Notes: generated by a model from the sequence alone, not told the origin. A DNA stretch of 62,724 nucleotides, filler included, from Choristocarpus tenellus KU-1152 (GCA_964200185.2; 12 parts of 12 records of this genome joined end to end with filler, not necessarily neighbours in it); one strand, 5' to 3'. Numbered from the whole stretch's first letter, positions 11,078 through 23,909 are shown. A program made the numbers and translations.

Positions 11078-12324
11078 CTTCCTCCATCCGGAATTTAAAT
11101 GTATCATAACTTTTGCAAGCTCCGTTCTAGTCCAGGAACAATATACATGATAAGCCCTCTGGGCGAGGCTTACATACTATAGATTGGGAGAAGTGCAAAG
11201 TTTGAGATAGTGGGCTTTCGTGACTGTGGAGGATCACCAGTGCAAAGTCAACCAAGTTGCATTTGACGGGGTTCAAAAACATCGTGAAACTGTCAAAGCC
11301 AGTTTCTATTGGGCATACTTGAAAGAAAGGGTCCTTTGCCGTTCGAGCGGCTTGATCATCCCGTCGTCGCCTGTTGGTCGCAATTCTTCAGGGCAGAAGT
11401 CTGTTTGTGGGCAGGATTCAAATACCCAACAACGAACAGTGTGGTGGCATGATGCCTGGAGGTGAGAGGGTGTGAGACTCAGATGCCTCGGACGGCGGCA
11501 GCAATCATGGAGAACTTTCGGAATTTCTCAAATGACCACGTTCCATCATCTGACGGAGTATGGCAGCCAGATTGCGTGGGTGAATGCATGGACCTCGTAC
11601 GACATCGCAAGGGGCAATATGGCTGCCGTACAAGTATCCTTGATGTTTGGGATGTTGGTGCACCGCACATCCTTCTGCAAATAAATGAGCGGGCAAAGCT
11701 GGGGTCTCCCTTCCCTCGTTGTCGAATCTGTGCAAGCCCAAGAAGGTGAAGAACATCAAACGGTGCATTAAGCCAGTCCTCTCAGACCAGCAGAGAGTTA
11801 ACGGGGTGCGTTTTGTCATCGGTCAAGCGAACAAGGGGAGAAGTGGGGTATTAGTGGACGATCTACTCTGGAGTGTATGGCTGGGTGCATGTGGACAAGA
11901 TGTGGTTTTACATCCTCAAAGATGGGCAACTGAGGACCCCCCCAAACCCCCATGGACAAAGAATAAGCATTACATTACTAAGTTGATGTTCCTTGCAGCT
12001 GTGGCCAGCCCTGAGAAGCTCTCCAGTGTGTTGTGGTTCAATGAGAAAATTGGGATTTGACCAATCATGGACACTATGGTCGCTCAGTGATCCAGCAAAC
12101 ACTGCCCCAAGGGCACCAAGGTCCTTGTGTCAGCCGCAGCCACGGTGGACGGGGAGAGGTATAAGAAGCTCATGGTCGAGGATGTCATCCTGGAAATCAA
12201 GGTCCCCATGCATAGGCCAGAAGGAAACCCTCCCTCCCCCCCCCTTAATTGCTCATGATTGAGCAGAATGCTTTGCCCCATCTTTTTTCTCTGCAGCATG
12301 GGGCAAAGTGACACACCAGGGGGG
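11078..12324 (+). mobile_element. Decayed Tc1/mariner DD39D-type (plant/oomycete Stowaway-partner-like) transposon
   Basis: Frameshifted motifs VHVDKMWFY (cf. VHIDEKWFY), KHYITKLMFLAAVASP (cf. KVMFLAAVARP), WFNEKIGI*P (cf. FDGKIGIWP), ERYKKLMVEDVILEIK and QHGAK*H (cf. QDNA/GAKPH). Left end TA+CTTCCTCCATCC resembles the Stowaway/mariner TIR CTCCCTCCGT. Confidence 0.8.
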
Positions 12325-12633
12325 NNNNNNNNNNNNNNNNNNNNNNNNNNNNNNNNNNNNNNNNNNNNTTAATTAATTAANNNNNNNNNNNNNNNNNNNN
12401 NNNNNNNNNNNNNNNNNNNNNNNNGAGTGGGGGAGGGGTGGGGAGTGGGGGGGGGAACTTTGAACTCACAATCCCCGGAACTTGCAAAACCACAAACAGA
12501 GTCCTACCTACCAGCACAAGAACAAAAACCCAAAGGATTCTTAACAAAAAAAAGACCTTGGAACTGGACTCCAATCCAAACATCTGTGAAACAAGGCTTG
12601 TCAGACAAACCCCTCTCCCACCCCCTTCCTCAC

Positions 12634-14031
12634 ATGTTGTCACCCCTCACAATGTACAGTCCAAGCAGGACCTGCATCCATGCACAATAGTAAGTGTTGG
12701 AAGGGAAGGGAGCAGGCTAGTTAGCACATTAAGCAACAATAAAAGCCCACTGTTGAGTGACAATGACAGGGATACATTGCTCACGGTTTCCAAGCTCTGG
12801 CGCTAAGCACACAACCCACGGTCCTCAACTCCCCACCAATCTATATTTGTACAACCTACATGTTATAAGGTTGTCCAATAGTTTCCACGATTTGGGTACA
12901 AGGTTGCTCAAGCAATGATTGGCAAGGTGAGGTCAATATGCATATATTTAATCTGAGAGGGGGTGGGGCGGAGGGGCACAATAGGCACCTGCTCACACCC
13001 GGCAGTTGGCGAGAAGATTCGCTCATGACATTGCTCAAGGATGAGGTTTATGGTGTGGTCATATCCTTTGAGGTGTCCCTGTACAACCGTGACAACATTT
13101 AAAACAGTCGTAGGGGGAAAATTACCGGCAAAGTCAACCGGGTGGGAAGCGGGATTGGAGGTGAAGCATGATTCAGACACTACACTCCTTGTACTCGCAA
13201 AAAGTGGAAAATATTACGTCTACATGAGTACGTCCACAAATAACAAGCTGGAATGTTGAGCCATCGCTAACTGTGTTAGGATCCGTATACAGCGCTTTGC
13301 TTGTAGTGCTGGCGACGATTTCAAGCTCTTGCAACATCCGTGGCGTCTGAGATAGACTTGCGAAAGGTGTACTAAGAAGTAGGTGGTTCAAAGGCAGGAC
13401 TATGTGATGCGTGGCTTGGGAACAAGTCTATTTCTCACCACAATGTTGCGCCCATCGCCTGTGATGACTGAAACAACCTCTGCAAAGGGGAACATACGAG
13501 TAAAGGGGTGGAGGGCAGAGTGAGAGCCCACGACACGCGGTGGACTTTGAACATCGCATGCAAGTCTAGGGTCGATACAGAGAGAGCAAATTTTCAAATG
13601 TATCCCCCTTCTCTTCACGAGTCTTACTTTCTCCTACTCTATAGGCTTTATTATAATACTAACTCTTCTAACGACTGGAATCGTCACTATTTTTAATCCT
13701 TCCTGAGCTATATCTGTGGGTCAAGTCGCATGTAGGTTGTAACCTCGAAGCCATAGCCATTGCCGCATAGGTCTCCATCCAATTAGAAACCTGTATCTAA
13801 CTAGGAAACCCACAGAATGCACCACCCCCAAATCACCAACCCCTGTCCATCGAAAAATGCGTAAAATTATGCAAACATATCTTCCAAAGTACACCACTCC
13901 TCAAGCGATAACGTGGTCTAGACTAGACAAGATCGGATTGTCGATCAGCAACGATGTATATTAGAAATATGCACGATTCCAATGTGTCTCGTTAACTCAC
14001 TCCCTTGTAATTCTTCCAGAGAAGCCGCCAT
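12634..14031 (-). CDS. LSM8: U6 snRNA-associated Sm-like protein LSm8, exons 1-4 (3' end lost in gap)
   Basis: GT-AG exons 14031-14001, 13479-13439, 13078-12989 and 12671-12634 splice in frame to MAASLEELQGKVVSVITGDGRNIVGHLKGYDHTINLILEQCHERIFSPTAGCEQVLLGLYIVRGDN, giving the Sm1 and Sm2 motifs typical of LSm8. Confidence 0.93.
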
Positions 14032-14523
14032 GTCGAACTTCTCTTCCTCCTCCTCCTTCCTCCTCCACAAGCTTGACTTCTGGATGTGAAGGTTTGAGGT
14101 GAACGTTGTTGTCAAATTCATAGACACAGTGCATCCCCGCCTGTACATGGCTGTTGAAACCTACCAGATTGTTCTTCCTTGTTTATCTATCAAACCCTCC
14201 TTCCTCTCCTGAAGGATACCTACTCTTGGGGGAAAGGTAGACATGTGGTCAGCTATACTTCTTGGCTGCAGGTTTTGCATAGTACCACTGTGGGTGGTCT
14301 TGCTAGCTTCCAGTACAATTGCATCTGGTGAGAGATATTCTCTTGGTTTCATTGAAGATGAAGTTTTGCTTAGTACTGTCCCTCTCGTTGGCTTCAGATT
14401 CTATCGTAATTCAACGTCTTAGCGACTACTACTAAGTTCATCTAGAAAAAAGAATCCAATAATCAATGGGGCGACTGAAGCGGCAGCGCGTGCCTGTCCA
14501 AATCCTCATCCACCGTTGCAGAG
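14032..14523. promoter_or_regulatory. Probable bidirectional promoter between LSM8 and the PSMB2-like gene
   Basis: 492 bp separate the two divergent ATGs on one contig. No specific cis-element identified. Confidence 0.5.
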
Positions 14524-15898
14524 ATGAACACACTGATGGGCGTCAAAGGAAAAGACTTCGTCCTGTTAGGAGGCGACAGTGCCTTCTTTCGCTCCGTGGT
14601 GGTCATGGAAGATGTAAGAGAGAGAGGGAAGTATATTCTTCCGTGTGCATGATAGGGGGAGCACCAGGAAAGCCACCTTCAATACACGAATGTCCCTCCT
14701 ACTGTAGGGGTGGATGGGCGAGACCATGTTTTGCGACCCCCATATGCTCCCTTGCCCTTGTTTGCAATTCATGCATCATCAAGAAATTCTGAGTATAAAT
14801 TTCTGCAATATGAACCAAGGCTTCGTATCTTGCTCTAGATTGTTACTGACCATCGCTTTGTCCGCCGAGTGAGCGACCCACTTTGCACTGCATCAAGACT
14901 CCATTGGATAATAAGCGCGTGATATGAAGCATTTATAGATGAGAACCCTTGCCTTCTCGTTGCAGGAGTGATTTCATCCCATCGATAAAAAATGCACATA
15001 ATTAACGATGGCTATTGTTTTTCGTTATCTACAGTGGGGGATATATGATCAACTCCCGCGACACCCGTACCTCTCATCCCCTCCTGGAATCTCCTGTGCA
15101 GGACTACCGCAAGGTGGTGGAGCTTGCCGACAATATGGTGGTGGCAGCGTCCGGAGATCAGGGGGACGTAGAGATGTTTGTGGAATGGCTCAAGGTTGGG
15201 CCCTTATATGGGAGAAGGAGACGGATTGAAGTGTTACACATTGAAGGCCAACAAAATTGGTTCATTGTTGGATGTGCCCGTGACTCCCCCTTTCATCGAT
15301 TCCTCTGTACGTTTCGCACACTATGTATAAAGACAGTTAGCCTGCTGTCAGTCGTTTATTTTGGTGCCTTTTTTTTTGTAGTCATTTTCGGGAGTAAAAA
15401 CCACATTTGTGTGCAATTTCAAGCTCTGGCTGTGCCTATCCCTTGTCGATGTTCTTGGCCAGCACATCTGATACTATGCCGTCACTACCAACTGCCACAG
15501 TCCATAGAGTAGTTGACCAGTGTGACACACCCGTGGCCACTATGTTTCCCGTGGGACGTTTCACAGGGTGCTGCCAGTTGCAGGTGTACCTCAGAAGTGT
15601 AATTGCGCGCATCAATTATTCAGTTTCTTCTGACAGTAGCTAATATTGTAGCCCAGTGTAAGCTGATGAAGCCAAGAAGGGAGTTCTCCTTCCCACACAT
15701 ACCTTACCCCATTTGTCCCTCCATTCTCCTAGTTATTCACTGGCTTCAACTGAGCATATTTCCTTTCTGCTCTCCACTGCGTCGCCTCAAAAGAGAAATG
15801 CATTCCTCATGAGGCTGGAATCGTCACGTCCCGTGGGGGTCCAAACACTGGCAAATTTTGCGAGGCGGAGCCTTGCGGGGAAGATTCGCCAGAGGGGG
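14524..15898 (+). CDS. PSMB2: 20S proteasome beta type-2 (beta4/PRE1)-like subunit, first three recognisable exons (3' end lost in gap)
   Basis: Exons 14524-14613, 15102-15194 and 15794-15898 with GT-AG borders give MNTLMGVKGKDFVLLGGDSAFFRSVVVMED-DYRKVVELADNMVVAASGDQGDVEMFVEWLK-RNAFLMRLESSRPVGVQTLANFARRSLAGKIRQRG. This matches the PSMB2 pattern (..IGIxGxDYVL..D; GEAGD..QF.EY; ANFTRRNLA). Confidence 0.8.
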
Positions 15899-16494
15899 NN
15901 NNNNNNNNNNNNNNNNNNNNNNNNNNNNNNNNNNNNNNNNNNTTAATTAATTAANNNNNNNNNNNNNNNNNNNNNNNNNNNNNNNNNNNNNNNNNNNNAA
16001 GACCCATCCCAACAATCGCCGCCCTAGGAAGAAACTCCTTTTTTGTGTTGAGGGGAAGTGGGGGGGGGGGTAGGGTAGGGGTAGGGGGAGGCAATCGCAT
16101 CAGTTGAGGTTATTTCTGGTCGTGTCTTGTCTGGGGGTGAAGTGTTACAGGTAAATTCAATCAGGTGGAGTAGGGCTTGGGACTGCCACACCGGTTCATG
16201 TCTCAGGCTATATCATCAGATTATTGGGGATTATTGGGAAGATTTTCTTGCTGGCAGGTGTTTCATACGATGCATTGTATGATATACAAAAAAATAATGT
16301 ACATCCATTCATATGCATATACGCTTATGAATTTATTCTGAACAAGCATGTATGTATATTGCAATCAGAATACTTACTTAGACGATGGTTGTTCTGGTTG
16401 GGGGGTGGTCTATTCCTGGAGAAAAGTGGGGTGGGAGGGGAAGAGTTGGAGGTGTGGATTTTGCTCTCACCAAGGTTAGGGTAAGAATCAATTA

Positions 16495-18096
16495 CTCATC
16501 GAGGTGTTTTACCAAGAGCCAGATTAATGTCCACGCCAACGCAGGTGGGCAATGCAGCATCCGGTTACTGATCAACACGTGGAACGGAATCGTGCATTTA
16601 ACCCACACGTAAGGTAATAACATCGAGGCAAGGCTTTCCAAAGGACAAATGGGCAACGGCGCTATCACAGAAGCACGACACCATGTAACAACTTGTGAGC
16701 AACTCGACAATAAGAGACAAAAGAATCAAGTCCCAACAAAATAAATGAAAAAAAAAGAAGTCACAACAACAATAAAAAAAATAAAAAATCCATACGGGCT
16801 TCTGCTGGATGCGGATCAAAACTTTGCCTTTAATACAAAAAAATAGTTAAGTAGAGAGTCCAAATAACAAATTAATGCGCTGATGATGAGGCAATTCTAC
16901 GTCTCAACGTCCAGCAAACATCCCCTACCCCCCCCCCCCCGCTTTCATTCTACAGCAACGAAAGAATAAGGACTGCAACTCAAAGTGTTGAAAAAAATTA
17001 ACAGGCGGAGGACAGATACCGCAGCTTTCGAGTTTTTTTCTTCTCACCAAGTACCAGAGTACCAGAGATCATACCGGCGATGCTAACGGCGTTTTACCTA
17101 TCTCTCAATGACCCTACCTATAATATCTCCGACCAAGCACACACAAACACAAACACACACACACACACACAAAAGGCACAAGAAAATAAATAAATATATA
17201 TATAAAGAAAGAAAAATATGTATGTAAACACGAGACCAACATCAAGTAACCCCCATCAATCACACTCCACCAACCCTAACTCTAACTCTAACTAACCCTA
17301 ACCCCAGAACCGACCAAGAGTGTGTGCATTTTTCACACAACCCCTACCTCCAGGAGTATGGAGAGTCGATCGGTAACAGACAGCAGAGGAGGGCGCGCAC
17401 CACCCTGACACGCCCTCGTATCATCCCATACGTGGGGTAGCTTCATCTGCCCTCCTCCGGAGTCATCACCGGCCTCTCCGTACCGGTCGCTGCCTCTGCT
17501 GCTGCTGTTGCACTCCAGCTTTGTCTCCAGCTGTCTCAGCTGCTTGACAACAGATGACAGCCCCCCCCCCGCCTCTGACCTGCCCTTGAGCTTCCTGTTC
17601 CGATGGAGGCGTTGCAGAGAGAGAGAGAGCAGAAAAATCGGCAGTTTCAGTTGAAAAGTTAAGACAGTTACGTTCCGGTAGCGGCACAGTCGCAGTCGAG
17701 ACGTGTTAGGGTACATGACAGCAACAGCACAGTGGGGATGCACACATATGTTCAGGGTTAGGTTGGTTCTTCTTGAAGATTTTTTAATTCTTATTTCGTG
17801 CCCCACCTCATGTTTCGAAATTGTTCTCTTTTGCTATCTTTGAGATACAAAGCGCTACATAGCATCTACTACTGCTACCACTATTACTACTAGTAGTAAT
17901 AGTGCCACACACACACATTAACTGCACATAAAAATAAAAATGTGCAGTACAGTACCCAAGTCTTGTGTGCGATCACATACCTGAAGTTGTTGGTTTGCTT
18001 ATCTACTGCGCTGCTCCTGGCATAATTTTGTGTAAGCACTTTAACCAAGTCAAGTAATTTACTTTTTTCAAACCTTGTCCAACTGTCGTTCTCCAC
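16495..18096 (-). CDS. Exon-like segments of an unidentified multi-exon gene
   Basis: Open segments at ~17980-18095 (..KQTNNFR|gtatg), ~17350-17612 (polypyrimidine-CAG ... LSILLE|gtagg) and ~16495-16690. No recognisable domain. Confidence 0.35.
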
Positions 18097-18968
18097 AGCA
18101 AATTTATATTACCGCGGTGGTCTCGTAGCAAACACGCCTGACCAATGAATGCAATCTCTAGCTGGGAGAGGGACGAAGGGAACCCGTGGATTCGGTCTAC
18201 TTTGCATGTATACTTCGTTTCCTCACTGAACTAAAAGATCACATACAAATATAACTATATGTGTACTCTCTCTGTTCAGCACCAGTTCAAATGGTTGAAA
18301 AAAAAAAATGCAGGTTGGTTTGCCTCTGGAAAAACAACATAGCTCGCGTCCAAGAAAACACGCCTTGTTTTGCCCACATGACCGCCAATTCTCATACAGT
18401 GATGAAGAGGACTGACTACTGGAGGAAAATTCTTGATTCCAAAGCCCGTTTCTTGGGAATGAACACCTGTAACATCAAAACAAAGTAAAAATCAAGATCG
18501 GAAAAAACCATCTGATACCATCTTGTTCCAGCTGTAACGACCTGCCCCTCGAAGCCAGCCGTTTGGAATGGTGCTGATTGGAAGTACACACACGGTGTAT
18601 CCTCCTCCCTTGGATCAGATTTGACACGCATTTCCCTCTTATTGGGGCGTTGAAGTATCGCCCACAGAGGACTCTGAACATATTTTAGAAAAGCAAAGGC
18701 GCGTATCTCTGATAAATTCGGAATTGTACTTACATACATGGCCATCGTCTTATTGATCCAAGAACCATGCTCTCCAAGTGCAATAAAACCATAACCAATA
18801 GTGAGAGAGAGGGGTAGGCAAACAACACGTCAATTAATTTTTTTTCATTACACCAATCAAAAAGCCCCNNNNNNNNNNNNNNNNNNNNNNNNNNNNNNNN
18901 NNNNNNNNNNNNTTAATTAATTAANNNNNNNNNNNNNNNNNNNNNNNNNNNNNNNNNNNNNNNNNNNN

Positions 18969-19011
18969 CCCCCAAATGGACGCGGCTCTACCCTATGAGA
19001 TACTTTGGCTC
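18969..19011 (+). mobile_element. MITE family A, right end only
   Basis: CCCCAAATGGACGCGGCTCTACCCTATGAGATACTTTGGCTC at the contig start. Confidence 0.8.
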
Positions 19012-19326
19012 ATTTCCACACCGGCCCAACTAGAGCAGCGACATACGCCGGACTAGGTTTTTGCAAGGAGTTCGACCAACCACTTTATTTTTGTCCGTTT
19101 TGAAGTCTTCATCTTCAAAATTGCGCTTGAGATGTTCCCTCGCGTTTTATCATTACTTGATCGGGAAATAGTTCCCGTTTCCCAAAGTCTGGACATTTGT
19201 TCATACAACTCTTTAACACCTCTTCGCATTAGCTTTCATTTGACATTTTTGGTGTTGTATACCTCTTGTGGAAAAACGGTGAAAAAAATCAAGATTGCAA
19301 CAGAGGGCGAAGCTACTGATACCACC
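19012..19326 (-). mobile_element. Dispersed element family C copy (Kolobok-like terminus)
   Basis: Homologous to 43607-44010 and 60255-60658. Begins ATAA|GGTGGTATCAGTAGC on the minus strand. Confidence 0.7.
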
Positions 19327-19356
19327 TTATAAAAAAAATCACCAAGAAGTACTGAC

Positions 19357-19614
19357 GAGTCAAAGTATCTGAGAGGGTAGAGCTGCGTCCATTCGGGGAT
19401 CAAAATTCAATGTTGAGATTTTGATTTAGTTTTGGCTATCGTGTTTGTTAAGAATTGTCGATATCCTTATTCTGGACACACTTTTTAATATCATACACAT
19501 TTTACCTACTCTGAAACATTTAGGGGTAGGAAAATGTTATAAAAAACCCGTGGGAAGTCAAGTCGCAAATTGACAAATATGGGAAAACTCGTACCCTCTG
19601 AGATACTTTCACCC
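19357..19614 (-). mobile_element. MITE family A copy
   Basis: GAGTCAAAGTATCTGAGAGGGTAG ... TACCCTCTGAGATACTTTCACCC. No intact TSD. Confidence 0.88.
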
Positions 19615-20262
19615 AAACCCCACACTCCCTCACTTTCTCCACAACAAACCACTGGACCTAGACAATATAGAGGAATTGTTGTCGCAGTTCTTCGAGAGGA
19701 CCACACCCATCGCACCGCAAATGTACGATGACGACCCATCAGCCACTAGGGGATTTGGCTAACAACAGGAATGAACTCGTGGACTCCAGAGGGGTAGACC
19801 CCAGGACATCCCAAAGGTAAGGCCAGGCCTCCGTCACAGCTCGACACACACCAATGTAGCCTACGCGTTCTGTAAGTATAATTACCTGAAAGAGGGATTA
19901 GTGCTTGAAGACTAGGCATAGCGAAGCATATGGTCACCATGTCCTTCCGAAATCACACATTTGCATCGAAATCATAGAGACGTGATGGTCACCAGTTCCA
20001 CCGTAGCTCTGAACCGGTGATGCACACGTCCTCCCATCAAGAGCAGAACAAAACCTAACGATCAAGTTCGTGTCCTCCGATATCCGCGTTCCGATATGTA
20101 TAGTAAGTAAACAATTGTTCCTTCCAGTTTCTGTTTCCGATCCCAACCCTAGCACCTGTCCCAACCCTAACCCTATGCCCCAACCCTCACACCGTCCCTC
20201 ACCCTTACACAATAATGAAATTATGCCGAGTTATGTTTCGCTCTTCCTTCATCCGCTCGCCT

Positions 20263-20459
20263 CATGTCATTTTTGCCATACTTTACCGTACGACAAAGTA
20301 TGGCAAAAGCTGTGGCGGTCCACATACCAACTTATTTCAAGCCACATGCACCATGTCATTTTTGCCGCACTTTGTCCTTCGACAAAATGTGGCGAAAGTT
20401 GCGGCAGTCCATATGGCAAAAGTTGCGGCTGTCCACATACCAACTTCTTTGAAGCCACA
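20263..20459. repeat. Two ~89-bp tandem units, each with a hairpin
   Basis: Units start at 20263 and 20352. Stem TTTTGCCATACTTT/AAAGTATGGCAAAA in unit 1. Preceded by AACCCT-type motifs at 20145-20186. Confidence 0.75.
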
Positions 20460-21456
20460 CGTCTCCAATCCATCGTCCTCGACTTTCCACAAAACTCAAT
20501 CGCAATCCCATATCCCCTGTAGAGAAAGATGCACATACAATGGTATGTGCATCTGGGGATATGTATTGACCGATACCGCATGAAGCGTTCAGTATCCCTT
20601 CCACCACAAAACCCATCCTACACAATAGCTTACCGTTTGACAGAACACGACAATTGTAGTACATACATACGCCAATATTATCTGGGGCGACACCCACCAA
20701 GCATTTGTCAACTGTTTCCCAAACCAATCAGATCAAAACACACACTCTACCGTTCGATAAACTACCTCAATTCACTTCGTCCTACATGCTTCATGGTATG
20801 TATTCATAACCTTTTTGATGTGGCTCGCGAGTGACCGCATACGCGATGCACACTTTTTCAGGATTCTAATCGGGGTGGTTTCGATTCTTGACGTATCCAA
20901 CGCACCCTTCTCTACGCTTTCAACGTGGGGGTGTCATCCAACACGGCCGTACTCTGTGGAACACTCGTGACCAAAAATTGTGCAAGTCCCTTCACCCGAA
21001 CAAAGTGGCAGTGTTATCTATGTATGTTCAGATCATCAAGATCGATCACTAATGTCAAAGGGAAACAATCTCACCAACTCATATTGTAACCTCATTTGAA
21101 TCCCACTCAGGAAACGGGGACTAAAGAGACTGCCCAAGACCAGTGCCACTCGTTCGTAGAAGAAATCCGAAACGGACCAGATTATGGACCTCTTCCTCTC
21201 CATGTTTGTCAACCACGATGATCCAGAAGATATGGAAGGAAGCGGCCCCACTTGGAACGACCTTCCCTCTTAGTTGTTGGACGAGAAAAGCATATTTGCA
21301 CCATTGGCGAGCGCGTTGCGAGTTGTGCTGGCTCGGGAACAATACGAGTCCACACCTGATCTCCAGGTCAAGACATTCCTAGAATGTGTAAAGAAAGATC
21401 TTAGCACCGATCACACCCGCCAGGTATACAAATCCATCCTCGTCGGCATCACTCCT

Positions 21457-21480
21457 GGGTCAAAGTATCTGGGGGGGGGG
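21457..21480. mobile_element. Terminus of a family B-like MITE at contig end
   Basis: GGGTCAAAGTATCTGGGGG matches the family B TIR. Confidence 0.5.
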
Positions 21481-22184
21481 GTGGTGGTTTGTGAGGGNNN
21501 NNNNNNNNNNNNNNNNNNNNNNNNNNNNNNNNNNNNNNNNNTTAATTAATTAANNNNNNNNNNNNNNNNNNNNNNNNNNNNNNNNNNNNNNNNNNNNGGG
21601 GGGGTGGCGGGGAACCTACGACTACTTCAGTGTGTCATATACTCTGCGGCAACCCCACCACTGCCCTATATTCATTGTGTGCAAATCAAAAGTCAAGCAA
21701 TCAACCTATCCAGTAGGATCTTGACACACCAAGGGTGCATAAAAAAAAAAGAGTTACACTTTTGAGGGTCAGGGAGAGGGGGCAAACAAGCGCACGCACT
21801 TAATATCAATATATATAGGGTGGAAAGAGAAGCAACCGGTCGGTGTTGAAGTTTGTACAGCCTGTGCTTAACACATTTTCAGAACACTAAGGGTGAAGGT
21901 TGACCGCACTCGCTAAAAACACACAACGCTCCTCAAGAAGTAGAGGCCCTGTTGGACATGCACCAATGCCAGCAACGCGTCAAGTTCAGCTACAGCGAAG
22001 ATTGAAAGGGAGAGAGTGAGGCCTTCCACACAGCAGCAGTTGATACCCAGCAAAGCAATGCCCACCCCTGGTTCCTAGATCGACTCACCAAATTCATTTT
22101 CTGAACAGTGCTGAAATTAGAAAAAGGTCAAGGTTAGGGAAATCACTACAGAACTACTCCAGATACGCCAGAGCACTCGCTGTC

Positions 22185-23614
22185 TCAAACCCACCTCCTC
22201 GGGGTTAACACATGCCCACTTGCGGGGGAAGGGGTAAGAGACCCCGCTGAAAGCGAACTCCTAACCAAGTGCAAAGGAGAAGACGCTTCCGTCCTACCTC
22301 CTGTAGCTGCCCTGGCGCTCGAAATACTCGCTACCTTCTCCTCCATACCACCATTCCCAATGCCCCTTCCCACTGAAGAGACCTCTGCCCCAGTGACGGA
22401 CCCGACTGTGATTCCAGGCCTTGGCATCACTACCCCACTCCCACCACCAACTCCTGCCCCCGCCCCCCTTCCCCTTGGCCCCAGGAGGGACCCGGTCCCA
22501 GCACCCACTCCAGTCGCCAAGGAACCATGGCCCTGGGCTACAGAGCCGTGAACCAAGGCTGCCCTTCTCATCGCATCCAAATCTCCGCTGTTTGTCCCCC
22601 CACTGTGACTTCTTGTGTAGTGACGGAGGTGCCTACCAGGGTGCGGGGGTGGCGTTCCAGGCAAATGAGGTGGGCTCTGTTGCACTTGTTGTTGGCCATG
22701 GAGCGGGACCTGCGACTGTGGCTTTAGTGATTGCCGCAACAGGCACACAGCATTGGAGGAGGTGTCACAGGTGGGGTCACAGGTGGGGTCACAGGTCCTT
22801 GTGTTAAAAAAGTAAGAGTATCAAGCACATTGATTGCTGGGGCGAAGGTATGGTAGGAGAAATGCCGACTGGAGACGTAACTGTAACTGTAACTGTAACT
22901 ACAGTGGGCAGCACCCCTGTGGCAGAAGTCCTCGCTACATTTTTCCAAGAACGGCCACAGATGACAAAAAAATAAATGAAAGCACTACAATATTTACATG
23001 CACAAGTAACCACATTGTAGAACAAGGCTTGTACATGAACTGCAATGAGCTGTACGTTATGAAAAACACCACCAGGAGGAGATTTCCTTTCCAACAACTT
23101 GGGGAGGCATCGACCCTATTCATGTATGTCAGATTTAAGTCATACGCTGGTGTGCATGTACACACGCCTTCTACATATGTACATCCAACATCTACGAGGA
23201 AGTGGTGGAGGGATGGGGGGGGGGGGGGGGGGGGGGGGGGGGTGGGGAGGAAACCCACATTGAACTTGAGGTATTTAAACAAAACAGGGATCCATTTTCA
23301 GAAGAGGCATAATCATCTGCGTTTGCTGCACTTGACACGTACCTACAAAGTACATACATGCATACATCAAGGTGCACATTCACTACCACTGCACGACTAT
23401 CCCAAGCAATACATAACGCAACTGTTTTCCACTGTTACACGACCTTACCCTCAAGATTTTTTTACAAAACAAAATTATATTTAAAAGAGAGAGTAAATAA
23501 CCCTCAAATCAATTTTGGGTTTGAATCAGGTCTTGGTAAATGGGTTAAAACATACTGGTGACAAGCACACACAAACACACACACAACACACACACACACA
23601 CACGCAAACTACTG

Positions 23615-23664
<50 letters not shown>

Positions 23665-23909
23665 GAGAAAGTAGGCTTGCTCGTGGTTACCTTTAAAACG
23701 GTTGGGCAATTCGCACAAAAAAGATATACCTTCTGATTCCTCTCAAGTTGAACTACATCCCTCATCCCCTCTGGAGAGCTCAATTGGGAACTTCCAGTTG
23801 GTACCGGGCTACCAGGCACATTTCCATGCCCCAGAGTCTCCCAGCTCAACACGTCCCCTTCTCTCATGTCAACATCACCATCATTATTGATCACTATCGT
23901 ATGCTCCAC
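22185..23909 (-). CDS. Exon-like segments of an unidentified low-complexity (G/S/Q-rich) protein gene
   Basis: Long GC-rich open frame 22185-22790. Upstream segments end at GT donors (..LERNQK|gtata near 23730; ..NVVTCA|gtaaa near 23000). Confidence 0.4.

Noticed and set aside
6282-14031. Spliceosomal cluster of U2 snRNA and LSM8
   Set aside because: They lie on different contigs separated by two artificial linkers.
17271-17305. Telomere
   Set aside because: Only a few degenerate AACCCT units at an internal, probably intronic position.
19931-19994. tRNA-Trp-like PBS (TGGTGACC) after a CA
   Set aside because: Only 8 nt match, the motif recurs about 55 bp away, and no gag or paired LTR is visible.
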